NCBI GenBank assembly: GCA_944388695.1 | Contig: CALXJT010000002.1 | Coordinates: 104 to 64,103, forward strand | Direction of reading: 5' to 3' | DNA: 64,000 bases | Source of the DNA: an uncultured Clostridia bacterium | GTDB taxonomy: Bacteria > Bacillota > Clostridia > TANB77 > CAG-508 | Part shown: piece after piece, positions 19,174-27,862 of the stretch | Position numbering within the stretch: position 1 is the first letter of the stretch | How the letters are laid out: every line of letters begins with the position of its first letter | The notes under the pieces: generated by a model | Database searches by the model: none | Told to the model about the DNA's origin: nothing | Seen by the model: only the letters and a program-made list of their open reading frames with translations | Translations under genes and position numbers: made by a program

Positions 19174-19623
19174 TTAGCTCTCCTTTGACATTAGTGTTGA
19201 CAATTCAACTATTTGTGTATCTTGTCCTGATTTATAAGAAATTTTAACTGTTACTCTTTTTAATAAGTCTGGTACTTTTTGACTTCCTTCGCCTTCTCTA
19301 ATCTCACTATAATCTTCTACTCTGACCTCTTGATAATATCCTGTTGGATTTCCGCTTGCGTCTACTATATATTTATCTTTAAATCTTTCATCACTTATAA
19401 TATTACCATCACCTACTTTTGGTAATATATCAAATCCCTCACTTTTTACTCTTTCTAGTACCTCTACGGCATATGATGTAGCTTCTGTTCTCCTTTGGAC
19501 ATCTTGTGAGCTCTTTTGAATATTATATGATAATACTGTTATTAGTGAAATTAATATTGTTATTAATATTACAGATATTGTTATATCAACTCCTGTAACA
19601 CCTCTTTGGTCTCTTAAATTCAT
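19174..19623 (-). CDS. minor pilin-like protein (prepilin-type N-terminus, Asp at +5)
   Basis: MNLRDQRG|VTGVDITISVILITILISLITV. It is the only pilin in this locus with an acidic residue at +5. Confidence 0.5.
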   Translation of the reverse strand: MNLRDQRGVTGVDITISVILITILISLITVLSYNIQKSSQDVQRRTEATSYAVEVLERVKSEGFDILPKVGDGNIISDERFKDKYIVDASGNPTGYYQEVRVEDYSEIREGEGSQKVPDLLKRVTVKISYKSGQDTQIVELSTLMSKES

Positions 19624-19635
19624 CTTTTTCCCCCA

Positions 19636-20451
19636 CTATAATAAATATCTATTACAAAACAATGTTAATAAAAATGTTAGTAATCCATATGTTCCTAGTA
19701 GAAATCCAACTGGTATTTTTGTAGTTAATTTTTCTTTTTCTTTTACTACATTTCTTCTTTTGTTGATTAATTTATCTAATATTTTATATACTACAACTGT
19801 TATTATTGTTGAAATAATCGTTAATATAAATGCTGTTGCTCCTATAAATATTGATAATATTATTATTGTTAAAAGATTTCCATAAAAATAATTTGTTTGT
19901 GCTCTTTTTCTTAATGAAATTGTTTCAATTGCAAGTATTATTACATATATTACTAGATATATAACATATCTATAAATACTAGATTCTTCTATTATATATA
20001 GATATGCCATATATATAACAGATACTAGAACCCCATACATTAATACTGGTCGATTAATATTTATTTCTTCTTTATCTATTCCTGCCATTAATATTATAAA
20101 TGTATAAAATAATATAACAAATGCAAAATCTATTGCTTGATATATTGTTAATGTTTCTATTCTCATTCCCATACATAGAGCTGTTATCACAAAAAAGATT
20201 CCAGATAATATTTCTAAAATAAAATATCTTGGTCTTATTTTTTCTTTACAATATCTACATCTTCCTCTTAAAAATATATAACTAAATACTGGTATTAAAT
20301 CTAAAAAACCTAATTTGTGGTTACAATTTGGACAATATGAATGAGTATGTACTATATCTATTCTTTTTGGAATTCTATATACTGCTAATGTGTAAAAACT
20401 TCCAAATGTTATTCCCATTATAAATAAAATTATGTAAAATACTATGTTCAT
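19636..20451 (-). CDS. pilD: prepilin peptidase PilD (A24 family), with atypical second catalytic motif
   Basis: The N-terminal Cys pairs CPNC…CRYC match the DiS-P-DiS domain. The first Asp context is AGID(126)KEE. The C-terminal IPVGFLLG is present. The expected GxGD is read as YFYGN(192)LL. Confidence 0.75.
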   Translation of the reverse strand: MNIVFYIILFIMGITFGSFYTLAVYRIPKRIDIVHTHSYCPNCNHKLGFLDLIPVFSYIFLRGRCRYCKEKIRPRYFILEILSGIFFVITALCMGMRIETLTIYQAIDFAFVILFYTFIILMAGIDKEEININRPVLMYGVLVSVIYMAYLYIIEESSIYRYVIYLVIYVIILAIETISLRKRAQTNYFYGNLLTIIILSIFIGATAFILTIISTIITVVVYKILDKLINKRRNVVKEKEKLTTKIPVGFLLGTYGLLTFLLTLFCNRYLL

Positions 20452-20476
20452 CTTTTTTTCTTCCTTTTTATATTTT

Positions 20477-20507
20477 TAGGCATATACATTTGTCATGCAT
20501 ATGCCTA
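20477..20507 (-). other. hairpin between the pilin array and pilD (possible attenuator)
   Basis: TAGGCATAT at 20477-20485 is complementary to ATATGCCTA at 20499-20507. No U-tract follows on the minus strand. Confidence 0.3.
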
Positions 20508-20640
20508 TTGTTGCTTTTAATTTTAAAAATTATTTTATTTTGAAAAAATTAGTTTTCTAATATTATTTTATTTCTAGTATATCTGTTAAAGTTTTTAAAT
20601 TTCTTATTTAATCATTAATTATCTATACTTATTTTAGCTA

Positions 20641-21156
20641 TTAAATAGCTGGTGGAAAATCAGCTGTTTTTGACCATGTTCCTAATGCTCCATTTGCATC
20701 CAATGTTGCTTCTATAAATACTGGATCATCGTCTGTCGTTATTATTTGTACTTTCATTGATGCTCCTGAACCTATTACTTGAACTTTTGCGCCTTCTCCT
20801 TTTGTTGTAGCTTCATCATTTGAAACTTTTGTTGCATCTTCTATAAATTTTTTAGCTGTGTCTTGTGGTTTTCCAGCTACAACTTTTGTTCCTGTTCCTG
20901 CACCTGATGTATAATTATAATCGCTTTCACTTGCTCCTGCATATGTTACTGAATAATATGCATTTGTTGCTTCATTTATTGCCATTGCTACTACATCTCT
21001 TTGTGCTCCTATTGCATCTTCTTGTCTTGCTTTTGATGCATTTGTTAATATACCATTTTGTCCTCCTAATGCTGCTATTGATACTCCTGCTAATATTAAC
21101 AATACGATGATTGTTATTACAAGAGCTACTAATGTTATACCTTTATTACTTCTCAT
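20641..21156 (-). CDS. pilA: type IV pilin paralogue 3 (KG|ITLVA N-terminus)
   Basis: MRSNKG|ITLVALVITIIVLLILAGVSIA. Residues 5-74 are identical to the other two copies. It has its own AGGAGG RBS. Confidence 0.8.
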   Translation of the reverse strand: MRSNKGITLVALVITIIVLLILAGVSIAALGGQNGILTNASKARQEDAIGAQRDVVAMAINEATNAYYSVTYAGASESDYNYTSGAGTGTKVVAGKPQDTAKKFIEDATKVSNDEATTKGEGAKVQVIGSGASMKVQIITTDDDPVFIEATLDANGALGTWSKTADFPPAI

Positions 21157-21204
21157 TATTATTTCCTCCTATAAATTTATTATATTATCAGTCTTTGGTA
21201 AATT

Positions 21205-21744
21205 CTATCCACCTGCTGGGGGTGTGTATTCATCTGTTGCTGACCATGTTCCTAATGCTCCATTTGCATCTAATGTTGCTTCTATAAATACTGGATCATC
21301 ATCTGTTGTTATTATTTGTACTTTCTTTGTTCCACTAGCATCAACTACTTGAACTTTTGCACCTTCTCCTTTTGTTGTAGCTTCATCATTTGAAACTTTT
21401 GTTGCATCTTTTATAAAATTTATAGCTGTAGCTTGTGCATCTCCACCTTTTACTTTTGTATTTTTAGCTGGAGAAGCTGGTTTTAAGGCATCATTTGCAA
21501 ATGGATAATCCTCTTCGTCAGCTCCTGCATATGTTACAGAATAATATGCGTTTGTTGCTTCATTTATTGCCATTGCTACTACATCTCTTTGTGCTCCTAT
21601 TGCATCTTCTTGTCTTGCTTTTGATGCATTTGTTAAAATACCATTTTGTCCTCCTAATGCTGCTATTGATACTCCTGCTAATATTAACAATACGATGATT
21701 GTTATTACTAGAGCTACTAATGTTATACCTTTATTACTTTTCAT
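21205..21744 (-). CDS. pilA: type IV pilin paralogue 2
   Basis: The N-terminal 74 aa and the C-terminal block KVQIITTDDDPVFIEATLDANGALGTW match the neighbouring copies. The central segment is divergent. Confidence 0.8.
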   Translation of the reverse strand: MKSNKGITLVALVITIIVLLILAGVSIAALGGQNGILTNASKARQEDAIGAQRDVVAMAINEATNAYYSVTYAGADEEDYPFANDALKPASPAKNTKVKGGDAQATAINFIKDATKVSNDEATTKGEGAKVQVVDASGTKKVQIITTDDDPVFIEATLDANGALGTWSATDEYTPPAGG

Positions 21745-21793
21745 TATTATTTTCCTCCTAAAATATATTTATATTTTTAATCTTTTGCGATTA

Positions 21794-22309
21794 CTATGGT
21801 TCCACTGGAGCTGTTTTTGTCCATGTTCCTAATGCTCCATTTGCATCTAATGTTGCTTCTATAAATACTGGATCATCATCTGTTGTTATTATTTGTACTT
21901 TTGTTGAAGCTCCTGAACCTGTTACTTGAACTTTTGCACCTTCACCTTTAGTTGTTGCTTCATTATTTGAAACATATGTTGCATCTTCTATAAAGTTTAT
22001 TGCTGTAGCTTGTGCATCTCCACCTTCTACTTTAGAATCGCTTGTACTTCCTGCACCTGTAGTAAAATTATAATCACCTTCGTTAGCTCCTGCATATGTT
22101 ACAGAATAATATGCATTTGTTGCTTCATTTATTGCCATTGCTACTACATCTCTTTGTGCTCCTATTGCATCTTCTTGTCTTGCTTTTGATGCATTTGTTA
22201 AAATACCATTTTGTCCTCCTAATGCTGCTATTGATACTCCTGCTAATATTAACAATACGATGATTGTTATTACTAAAGCTACTAATGTTATACCTTTGTT
22301 GTTTCTCAT
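21794..22309 (-). CDS. pilA: type IV pilin paralogue 1
   Basis: Same architecture as the other two copies. It is the first of the three in transcription order. Confidence 0.8.
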   Translation of the reverse strand: MRNNKGITLVALVITIIVLLILAGVSIAALGGQNGILTNASKARQEDAIGAQRDVVAMAINEATNAYYSVTYAGANEGDYNFTTGAGSTSDSKVEGGDAQATAINFIEDATYVSNNEATTKGEGAKVQVTGSGASTKVQIITTDDDPVFIEATLDANGALGTWTKTAPVEP

Positions 22310-22389
22310 AATTCATCCTCCTTCTCTTTAGAATTTTATATTTGATTAGATAATCTCTTATCTAATGTTAATAACTAATCTGTTGTGTT

Positions 22390-22815
22390 CTATTTTGTAC
22401 CCCTGTCTGGGAAGTACCCTTCATCATCATTTGTTGTACTACTTGAATTTGAATTACTGTTTGAACTTGATGAACTGCTTGAACCACCTGAACTATTTGA
22501 AGTACTTGTGTTTGAATCTTCTTCTGTTGGTATAGATGCAAATGGATTACGTTTTCCTTGAACATATTCATTTGTTCTTTGGTAATTTTTTAAATCTGAT
22601 GCTGTTACTTCATATGTCATAACTATTTGATTTGCATCTGCATCTCCTTCTTGGGCAATTTCCTGTTTTGCTTCTTCTGGTGTCGTATATGATACTGTTT
22701 CTGGTAATATCTTTCCAGATGGTGAATATCCATATAGTAGAACACCCATTATCAAAATTATTGCAAGTGTAAGCAATAATATAATTGTAATTTCTTTAAT
22801 AATGTTTTTTGCCAT
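22390..22815 (-). CDS. membrane-anchored pilus accessory protein (PilP-like?) with Ser/Asn-rich tail
   Basis: N-terminal TM. The motif YVQGKRNPF resembles the PilP Y…G(R/K)RDPF motif. The C-terminal tail is SNTSTSNSSGGSSSSSSSNSNSNSSS. Confidence 0.35.
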   Translation of the reverse strand: MAKNIIKEITIILLLTLAIILIMGVLLYGYSPSGKILPETVSYTTPEEAKQEIAQEGDADANQIVMTYEVTASDLKNYQRTNEYVQGKRNPFASIPTEEDSNTSTSNSSGGSSSSSSSNSNSNSSSTTNDDEGYFPDRGTK

Positions 22816-22890
22816 TTATATCATTCCTTTCCTTAAAAGCTAGGTGAATTATGACTTCTAACTTTTAATAGGCTGTTTTGCTTTTATTTA

Positions 22891-23682
22891 TTAGTTTGAA
22901 TTTGTGTTACTACTTGTATTATTTGTGCTATTTGTGTTTGCACTATTTGTGTTATTTGTATTTGAACTGTTTGTATTAGAAGTATTTGTATTGTTTGAAT
23001 TTGTTGAATTATTAGTTGCATTTGCATTATTTGTATTAGAATTATTAGCATCTCCAGTTTCTCCGTTTGTTGCATCTGTATTTTCTGTTACTCCACTAAT
23101 TCCTTCAACTTTTATATCTTTACATACAAATGTTGCTTGTAACTCATCTTCTGAACTTCCTGTTGTCATTTTAAATTGTTCTATTCTAAATCCTAATTTT
23201 GAGTCATCTTCTATATCACTAATAAAATCTGTTATACCTATATATGGTCCTGTTACTGTAAAATCAAGGTCATATGTGTTCTCTGTACTTGATTCTCCTT
23301 TTACGAAGTCCATTTTCATAACAACACCTTCTCTTCTTGCATATGTTCCTATTTGTACCCATAAAAATGAGTTACTATATCCTTCCATCATGCTTGCTTC
23401 TTCTACTTGACTTTCTGTACTAACAGTTACCATATCTTCATATTTTTGTTTTTCTGTTTGTAGTTTTTTTACATTATTTTTTACTGATTGTTCTGCACTT
23501 GGGAAATCTGTGCTTGCCAATTTTGTTGCTTGAGTTACTGCTGTATCTAATTCTTCATTTTTCTCTTTTATACTTTGTATTCCTAATATTTCAATTGGCC
23601 CTAATTCAATTCCCTTTATAATTGTTGTAAATGTTAATAATGCAAATAATACAATAATAATTAATAGTAATAATTTTTTCAT
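22891..23682 (-). CDS. pilO: PilO-like pilus alignment protein with Asn/Thr/Ser-rich tail
   Basis: N-terminal TM, a coiled-coil segment and then a ferredoxin-like domain. It overlaps the pilMN stop by 4 nt. The roughly 60-aa C-terminal tail is N/T/S low complexity. Confidence 0.5.
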   Translation of the reverse strand: MKKLLLLIIIVLFALLTFTTIIKGIELGPIEILGIQSIKEKNEELDTAVTQATKLASTDFPSAEQSVKNNVKKLQTEKQKYEDMVTVSTESQVEEASMMEGYSNSFLWVQIGTYARREGVVMKMDFVKGESSTENTYDLDFTVTGPYIGITDFISDIEDDSKLGFRIEQFKMTTGSSEDELQATFVCKDIKVEGISGVTENTDATNGETGDANNSNTNNANATNNSTNSNNTNTSNTNSSNTNNTNSANTNSTNNTSSNTNSN

Positions 23683-25307
23683 GGTAAATCACCTTCTATC
23701 TTTACAGTAACTACATTATTTTCTTTTTGTCCTGCACTTGAAACAACATTTGTAAGAACTCCTTGATTTTCTATTTGTGCTTCAAAGAATCCTAGTTGTT
23801 CATATTTTTCTGATTGTGCAACTATTTCTATTTTTGTTCCTCCTGTATTTTCTATTGATGTAACTTGTACTCCCTCTGGAATATTATACATTATTGATGT
23901 TAAAAGATTTGGTATGGCTTTTTTTGTTTTATTTCTTTCTGCTATTTGGTCATTTATTTCTTGTAAGTTTTTTATCATACTTGAATATTCATTTGTTATT
24001 GATTTTATTTTTTCATCATCTGCTTTAGCAAGGTTAATTTGTGAAGTTGTAGATGATATTGATGTGTTGGCTTCTTCTCCTTTAGCATCCATTTGTTTAT
24101 TTAATAATGTTGAGAAAAATGTATATACTACAAATAGTATTACTAAACTAGATACTACTCTAAGTAGTGCTCTTTCTGTATTATCTAGTGGTTCTCTTAA
24201 ATCATTTGTTAATAATAATTTTGATGCTTTTGATTTTGCTTTTGATTTTCCTTTTTGTTCTGGATTAATATCTACCTTTAAAAGATTTTTAAGTTGTTCT
24301 CCAGCTGAATTACTTTTAAAGTTCATTCCTTCTATTCCTCTACCAAGATTCATTAATGCTAGAGATATAGCTGAATTCACTTCTATATAATCCTTAATAT
24401 TTGTATCTGGAGTCATTTTTATAAAATCTGGTTTTAATATTTGGCATTTTACATCCTCTAAATATTCCTCAAAATACAAATCTATATTATTTATTAAAGC
24501 CGCTGTTCCTGTAATATATACATTATCAATCTTATTTTCACTTTCATTTAGTACTTTTTTAGTTTGTCCAACTATTTCATATAAAATTGGCATTATATCT
24601 TCTAAATATGTTGCTTGTTCTTCTGTTATATCTTTACCTTCAGATGTATATATTGTTGTTTCTTTACAGATTTCATATGCCTTGCTTAATGAATTTTCTT
24701 TTGATTGGATTTTAGTAAGAAAATCATGACTTCCTATATCTAAAGTTTTTATATCATATACTTTTTGTCCAAAAATTGTTGTAATTGTAGTTTTTTCTTC
24801 AATATTTATTATAATTGCATTTTCTTTTTCATCAAAATCCGCTAAATCTGCAATTGAAACTCCTTCAGGGTATATTCCCATTAATCTATAACCTGCAAAC
24901 TGTTGTGTTTCTCTGTTAAAGTCTATTTTATTTGTACTTACATGTATTATTTTTAATTTTTCTTTTTCAAATAGACTGTTTGTAGCCGCATATCTTGATA
25001 GAAAGGCATTGCTATTATATCCTTTTTCTGCACAATATGATTCAAACTCTGTTGAGATTGCTTTTTCTAAATCTTTTTTATTTAATAAAGAAAACATATC
25101 AAAATAGTTATATGTTTCATCTAATAAGTTGAGACTTATTGGAATCTTATAACTACCCGTTTCATCTATTACTTGTTTAATTGCATCTTCTAATTTATCA
25201 TAAAAATTAACTCCAAAAGATTCTACTTTTATTTTATCTTTATCTTTTGCTACTTTGGCATATTTTATGATATTATTTTCAATATAAATTCCTAAACAAC
25301 TAGCCAT
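23679..25307 (-). CDS. pilM: PilM-PilN fusion protein
   Basis: The N-terminal ~330 aa are actin-like (MASCLGIYIENNIIKYAKV…, YITGTAALINNID). A TM follows (LLRVVSSLVILFVVYTFFSTLL), then a PilN-like coiled-coil and C-terminal domain. Confidence 0.65.
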   Translation of the reverse strand: MASCLGIYIENNIIKYAKVAKDKDKIKVESFGVNFYDKLEDAIKQVIDETGSYKIPISLNLLDETYNYFDMFSLLNKKDLEKAISTEFESYCAEKGYNSNAFLSRYAATNSLFEKEKLKIIHVSTNKIDFNRETQQFAGYRLMGIYPEGVSIADLADFDEKENAIIINIEEKTTITTIFGQKVYDIKTLDIGSHDFLTKIQSKENSLSKAYEICKETTIYTSEGKDITEEQATYLEDIMPILYEIVGQTKKVLNESENKIDNVYITGTAALINNIDLYFEEYLEDVKCQILKPDFIKMTPDTNIKDYIEVNSAISLALMNLGRGIEGMNFKSNSAGEQLKNLLKVDINPEQKGKSKAKSKASKLLLTNDLREPLDNTERALLRVVSSLVILFVVYTFFSTLLNKQMDAKGEEANTSISSTTSQINLAKADDEKIKSITNEYSSMIKNLQEINDQIAERNKTKKAIPNLLTSIMYNIPEGVQVTSIENTGGTKIEIVAQSEKYEQLGFFEAQIENQGVLTNVVSSAGQKENNVVTVKIEGDLP

Positions 25308-25494
25308 TTTTTTCTCCTTATTTTTTTCTTTTTTTAGTTTTTACTAAATCATTATAAAAATACTACATGTTTTTTCTATTTTAACAAATTTCTACTATTA
25401 TTACACTTTAATTTTATCGTTTTTTGGTAAAAAGTCAATATAGTTTAATAAAATGTAATACAAATGTAATATATCTGTAACATATGTTTTAAAG

Positions 25495-26844
25495 TTATTT
25501 TTTCCTTAATTTTTCAATAAAAAATCCATCTTTGCTCTCATCCGGCTCTATTTTAAAATATCCATTTTTTGTAAATTTTTTCTTTATATCTTCTATATTA
25601 CCTAGTGTACTAATTTCGTCTATAGAAACTCTTTCATATTCACTATGTTTTTCTAAAAACTTTTCTATTTGCTCTTCATTTTCTTCTTTTAATATACTAC
25701 AAGTTGAATATACTAAAAATCCACCTGGTTTTAAATATCTACTTATATTTTCTAAAATCTTGAATTGTAAATCTACTATTTCCTGTATATTTTTCTCACT
25801 TTTCTGCCACTTAATATCTGGCTTTCTTTTTATTACTCCTATTCCTAGACATGGAACATCTAATAAGATTTTATCAAAATAATTTTCATATTTAGGATTA
25901 AATTTTGTTGAATCTTGTGTTTCTGCTTTTATTATATCTATTCCTAATCTGTTAGCATTTTCTTTTATCAAATCTACTCTATGTTTATGTATATCACATG
26001 CAATAACTTCTCCCTTATTTTTCATCAATTCTGCCATATATGTTGTTTTTCCTCCTGGGGCAGCACAAGCATCTAGTATAATTTCGTTTTCTTTTGGAGA
26101 TAATATTTCTGCTGTCAATCCAGCTGATATATCTTGGACTGTAAAATATCCTTTTTTAAAATACTCAAAATTCTCTATATTTTTTATATTAGCATCTAGA
26201 AAATTTGGCATTTCTTCTATTCTCGAACATTTTATATCTTCTTTTTGTAATATTGTCTCTAGTTCTTCTTTTGTTGTTTTTAATGTGTTCACTCTTATTT
26301 GCACTTTTGGTCTATTATTTAAATTTTTGCAAATTTTGTCTACTTCCTCTATATTTCTATCTTTTAATAATTCTTTTATTATCCATTCTGGCATTGATCT
26401 TGTTTTTGATATTCTTTCTATATCATTTTTTATCAGGAACAGTTCATCATAATCAGACTTATTTATTTTTCTTAATATTGCATTTACAAAATTCGAACTT
26501 GCTTTATGTCCATATCTTTTTGCCAAATTTACACTTTCATTTACTGCTGCTGATTTTGGAACTTTATCTAAAAATATTATTTGATATGTTCCCATTCTTA
26601 ATACATTTAAAATCCATATGGAAATTTTTTTTATTTTAATATTAGAATATTTCTTTATTATTTCATCTAATGTCAGTTTCATAGAAATAATTCCATATAC
26701 TAATTCTGATATAAATGCTTTATCTTTTTCTGATAGAATTTTACTATTTTCTTTTATCATTTTATTTAATATTATGTTTGAATAACTTTTTTCTTGTTCT
26801 ATGCTTACTAATGTTTTTAATGCTATTTCTCTTGGTTTATCCAT
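25495..26844 (-). CDS. rsmB: 16S rRNA (cytosine967-C5)-methyltransferase RsmB
   Basis: An N-terminal NusB-like domain, the SAM motif ILDACAAPGGKT and the catalytic motifs DKILLDVPCLGIGV and YSTCS. Confidence 0.9.
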   Translation of the reverse strand: MDKPREIALKTLVSIEQEKSYSNIILNKMIKENSKILSEKDKAFISELVYGIISMKLTLDEIIKKYSNIKIKKISIWILNVLRMGTYQIIFLDKVPKSAAVNESVNLAKRYGHKASSNFVNAILRKINKSDYDELFLIKNDIERISKTRSMPEWIIKELLKDRNIEEVDKICKNLNNRPKVQIRVNTLKTTKEELETILQKEDIKCSRIEEMPNFLDANIKNIENFEYFKKGYFTVQDISAGLTAEILSPKENEIILDACAAPGGKTTYMAELMKNKGEVIACDIHKHRVDLIKENANRLGIDIIKAETQDSTKFNPKYENYFDKILLDVPCLGIGVIKRKPDIKWQKSEKNIQEIVDLQFKILENISRYLKPGGFLVYSTCSILKEENEEQIEKFLEKHSEYERVSIDEISTLGNIEDIKKKFTKNGYFKIEPDESKDGFFIEKLRKK

Positions 26845-27072
26845 TTTTTCCTCCTTTTATTTTATAATAATACTTCTTTCATTTTATAATATCTCGTTCT
26901 TTTTGGCATTTTATCATTTTTTTAAATTTTAGTAAAGTTTAATTTTTAACTATATTAAATATTATTTGCTATATTAAGTGTCTTTAAATATTTTTTCTTT
27001 TTAGTTAGTTATATTAATGTTATTTGACTATATTAAATATCATTTTTTTAACTAACAATATTTTTATTGATT

Positions 27073-27101
27073 GTATATTTTTTGTCTTTTTGGAAAAACT
27101 A
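27073..27101 (+). promoter_or_regulatory. candidate forespore (sigma-F/G type) promoter of the dodecin-spoVA operon
   Basis: GTATA, a 14-nt spacer, then GGAAAAACTA fits GYATA…GGnnAnAnTA. It lies about 28 nt upstream of the dodecin RBS. spoVA is sigma-G dependent in Bacillus. Confidence 0.4.
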
Positions 27102-27128
27102 ACTTCAAAAGATTATAGGAGGTTAATT

Positions 27129-27347
27129 ATGAATATTGAAAAACATTTAAAAATTACTGGAAATTCTGAAATTTCTTGGAAAGATGCTGTTGTAAAAGCA
27201 ATTAATGAAGCTTCAAAAACAATTGATTATTTAAGTACTGTTACTGTAGTTGAGCAAAGAGCTCGTATTGATGGAAATAAAATTGTTGAATATTTTGTAG
27301 ATTTAGATTTAAGTTTTACTTTAGACTTAAATAGAAAGGATGGATAA
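27129..27347 (+). CDS. dodecin family protein
   Basis: 72 aa. KITGNSEISWKDAVVKAINEASKTIDYL…VEQRARIDGNKIVEYFVDLDLSFTLD fits the dodecin pattern (G-S-E-S…A-KT…V-EY-V-L-V-F). The start is the ATG at 27129 after AGGAGG. Confidence 0.7.
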   Translation: MNIEKHLKITGNSEISWKDAVVKAINEASKTIDYLSTVTVVEQRARIDGNKIVEYFVDLDLSFTLDLNRKDG

Positions 27348-27350
27348 AAA

Positions 27351-27815
27351 ATGAATCCTATTGAATCAAAACAAACTTATCAAGAGTATGTAGAAAAAAA
27401 ATCACCCAATTCTCCTATATTGAAAAATTGCTTTAATGCTTTTTGGGTTGGTGGTTTAATTTGTACAATAGGTCAAATAATTTCTAATATTTGCAAGGAA
27501 CGTGGTCTTGATATTGCTACATCTGGTACTATTGTTTCTATAATATTGATTGGAATTTCTGCCTTCCTAACTGGACTTAATATATTTAATAAAATCGGAA
27601 AATTTGCAGGTGCTGGTTCTCTAATTCCTATTACAGGTTTTGCAAATTCAATAGTTTCACCTGCTATGGAATATAAATCTGAAGGTTATGTTATGGGTGT
27701 TGGTGGAAAGATGTTTACTGTTGCTGGTCCTGTTTTAGTTTTTGGAATATCTGCATCAATTTTAGTGGGTATTATTTATATGATTTTTAATACTCAATCT
27801 ATAACATTTGTTTAA
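27351..27815 (+). CDS. spoVAC: stage V sporulation protein AC
   Basis: KSPNSPILKNCFNAFWVGGLICTIGQ and IPITGFANS blocks. It has four TM segments and is 154 aa. Confidence 0.9.
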   Translation: MNPIESKQTYQEYVEKKSPNSPILKNCFNAFWVGGLICTIGQIISNICKERGLDIATSGTIVSIILIGISAFLTGLNIFNKIGKFAGAGSLIPITGFANSIVSPAMEYKSEGYVMGVGGKMFTVAGPVLVFGISASILVGIIYMIFNTQSITFV

Positions 27816-27862
27816 TATTTTTGTAAATGTTTTTATAGAAAAAATATAAAGGAGGAATTTTT

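Noticed and set aside
22368-22571. Gln/Val/Thr-rich small ORFs at 22368-22571, 22884-23075 and 22125-22316 on the minus strand.
   Set aside because: These are alternative frames of the Ser/Asn/Thr low-complexity tails and of the pilin gene. They are fully nested within better-supported ORFs.
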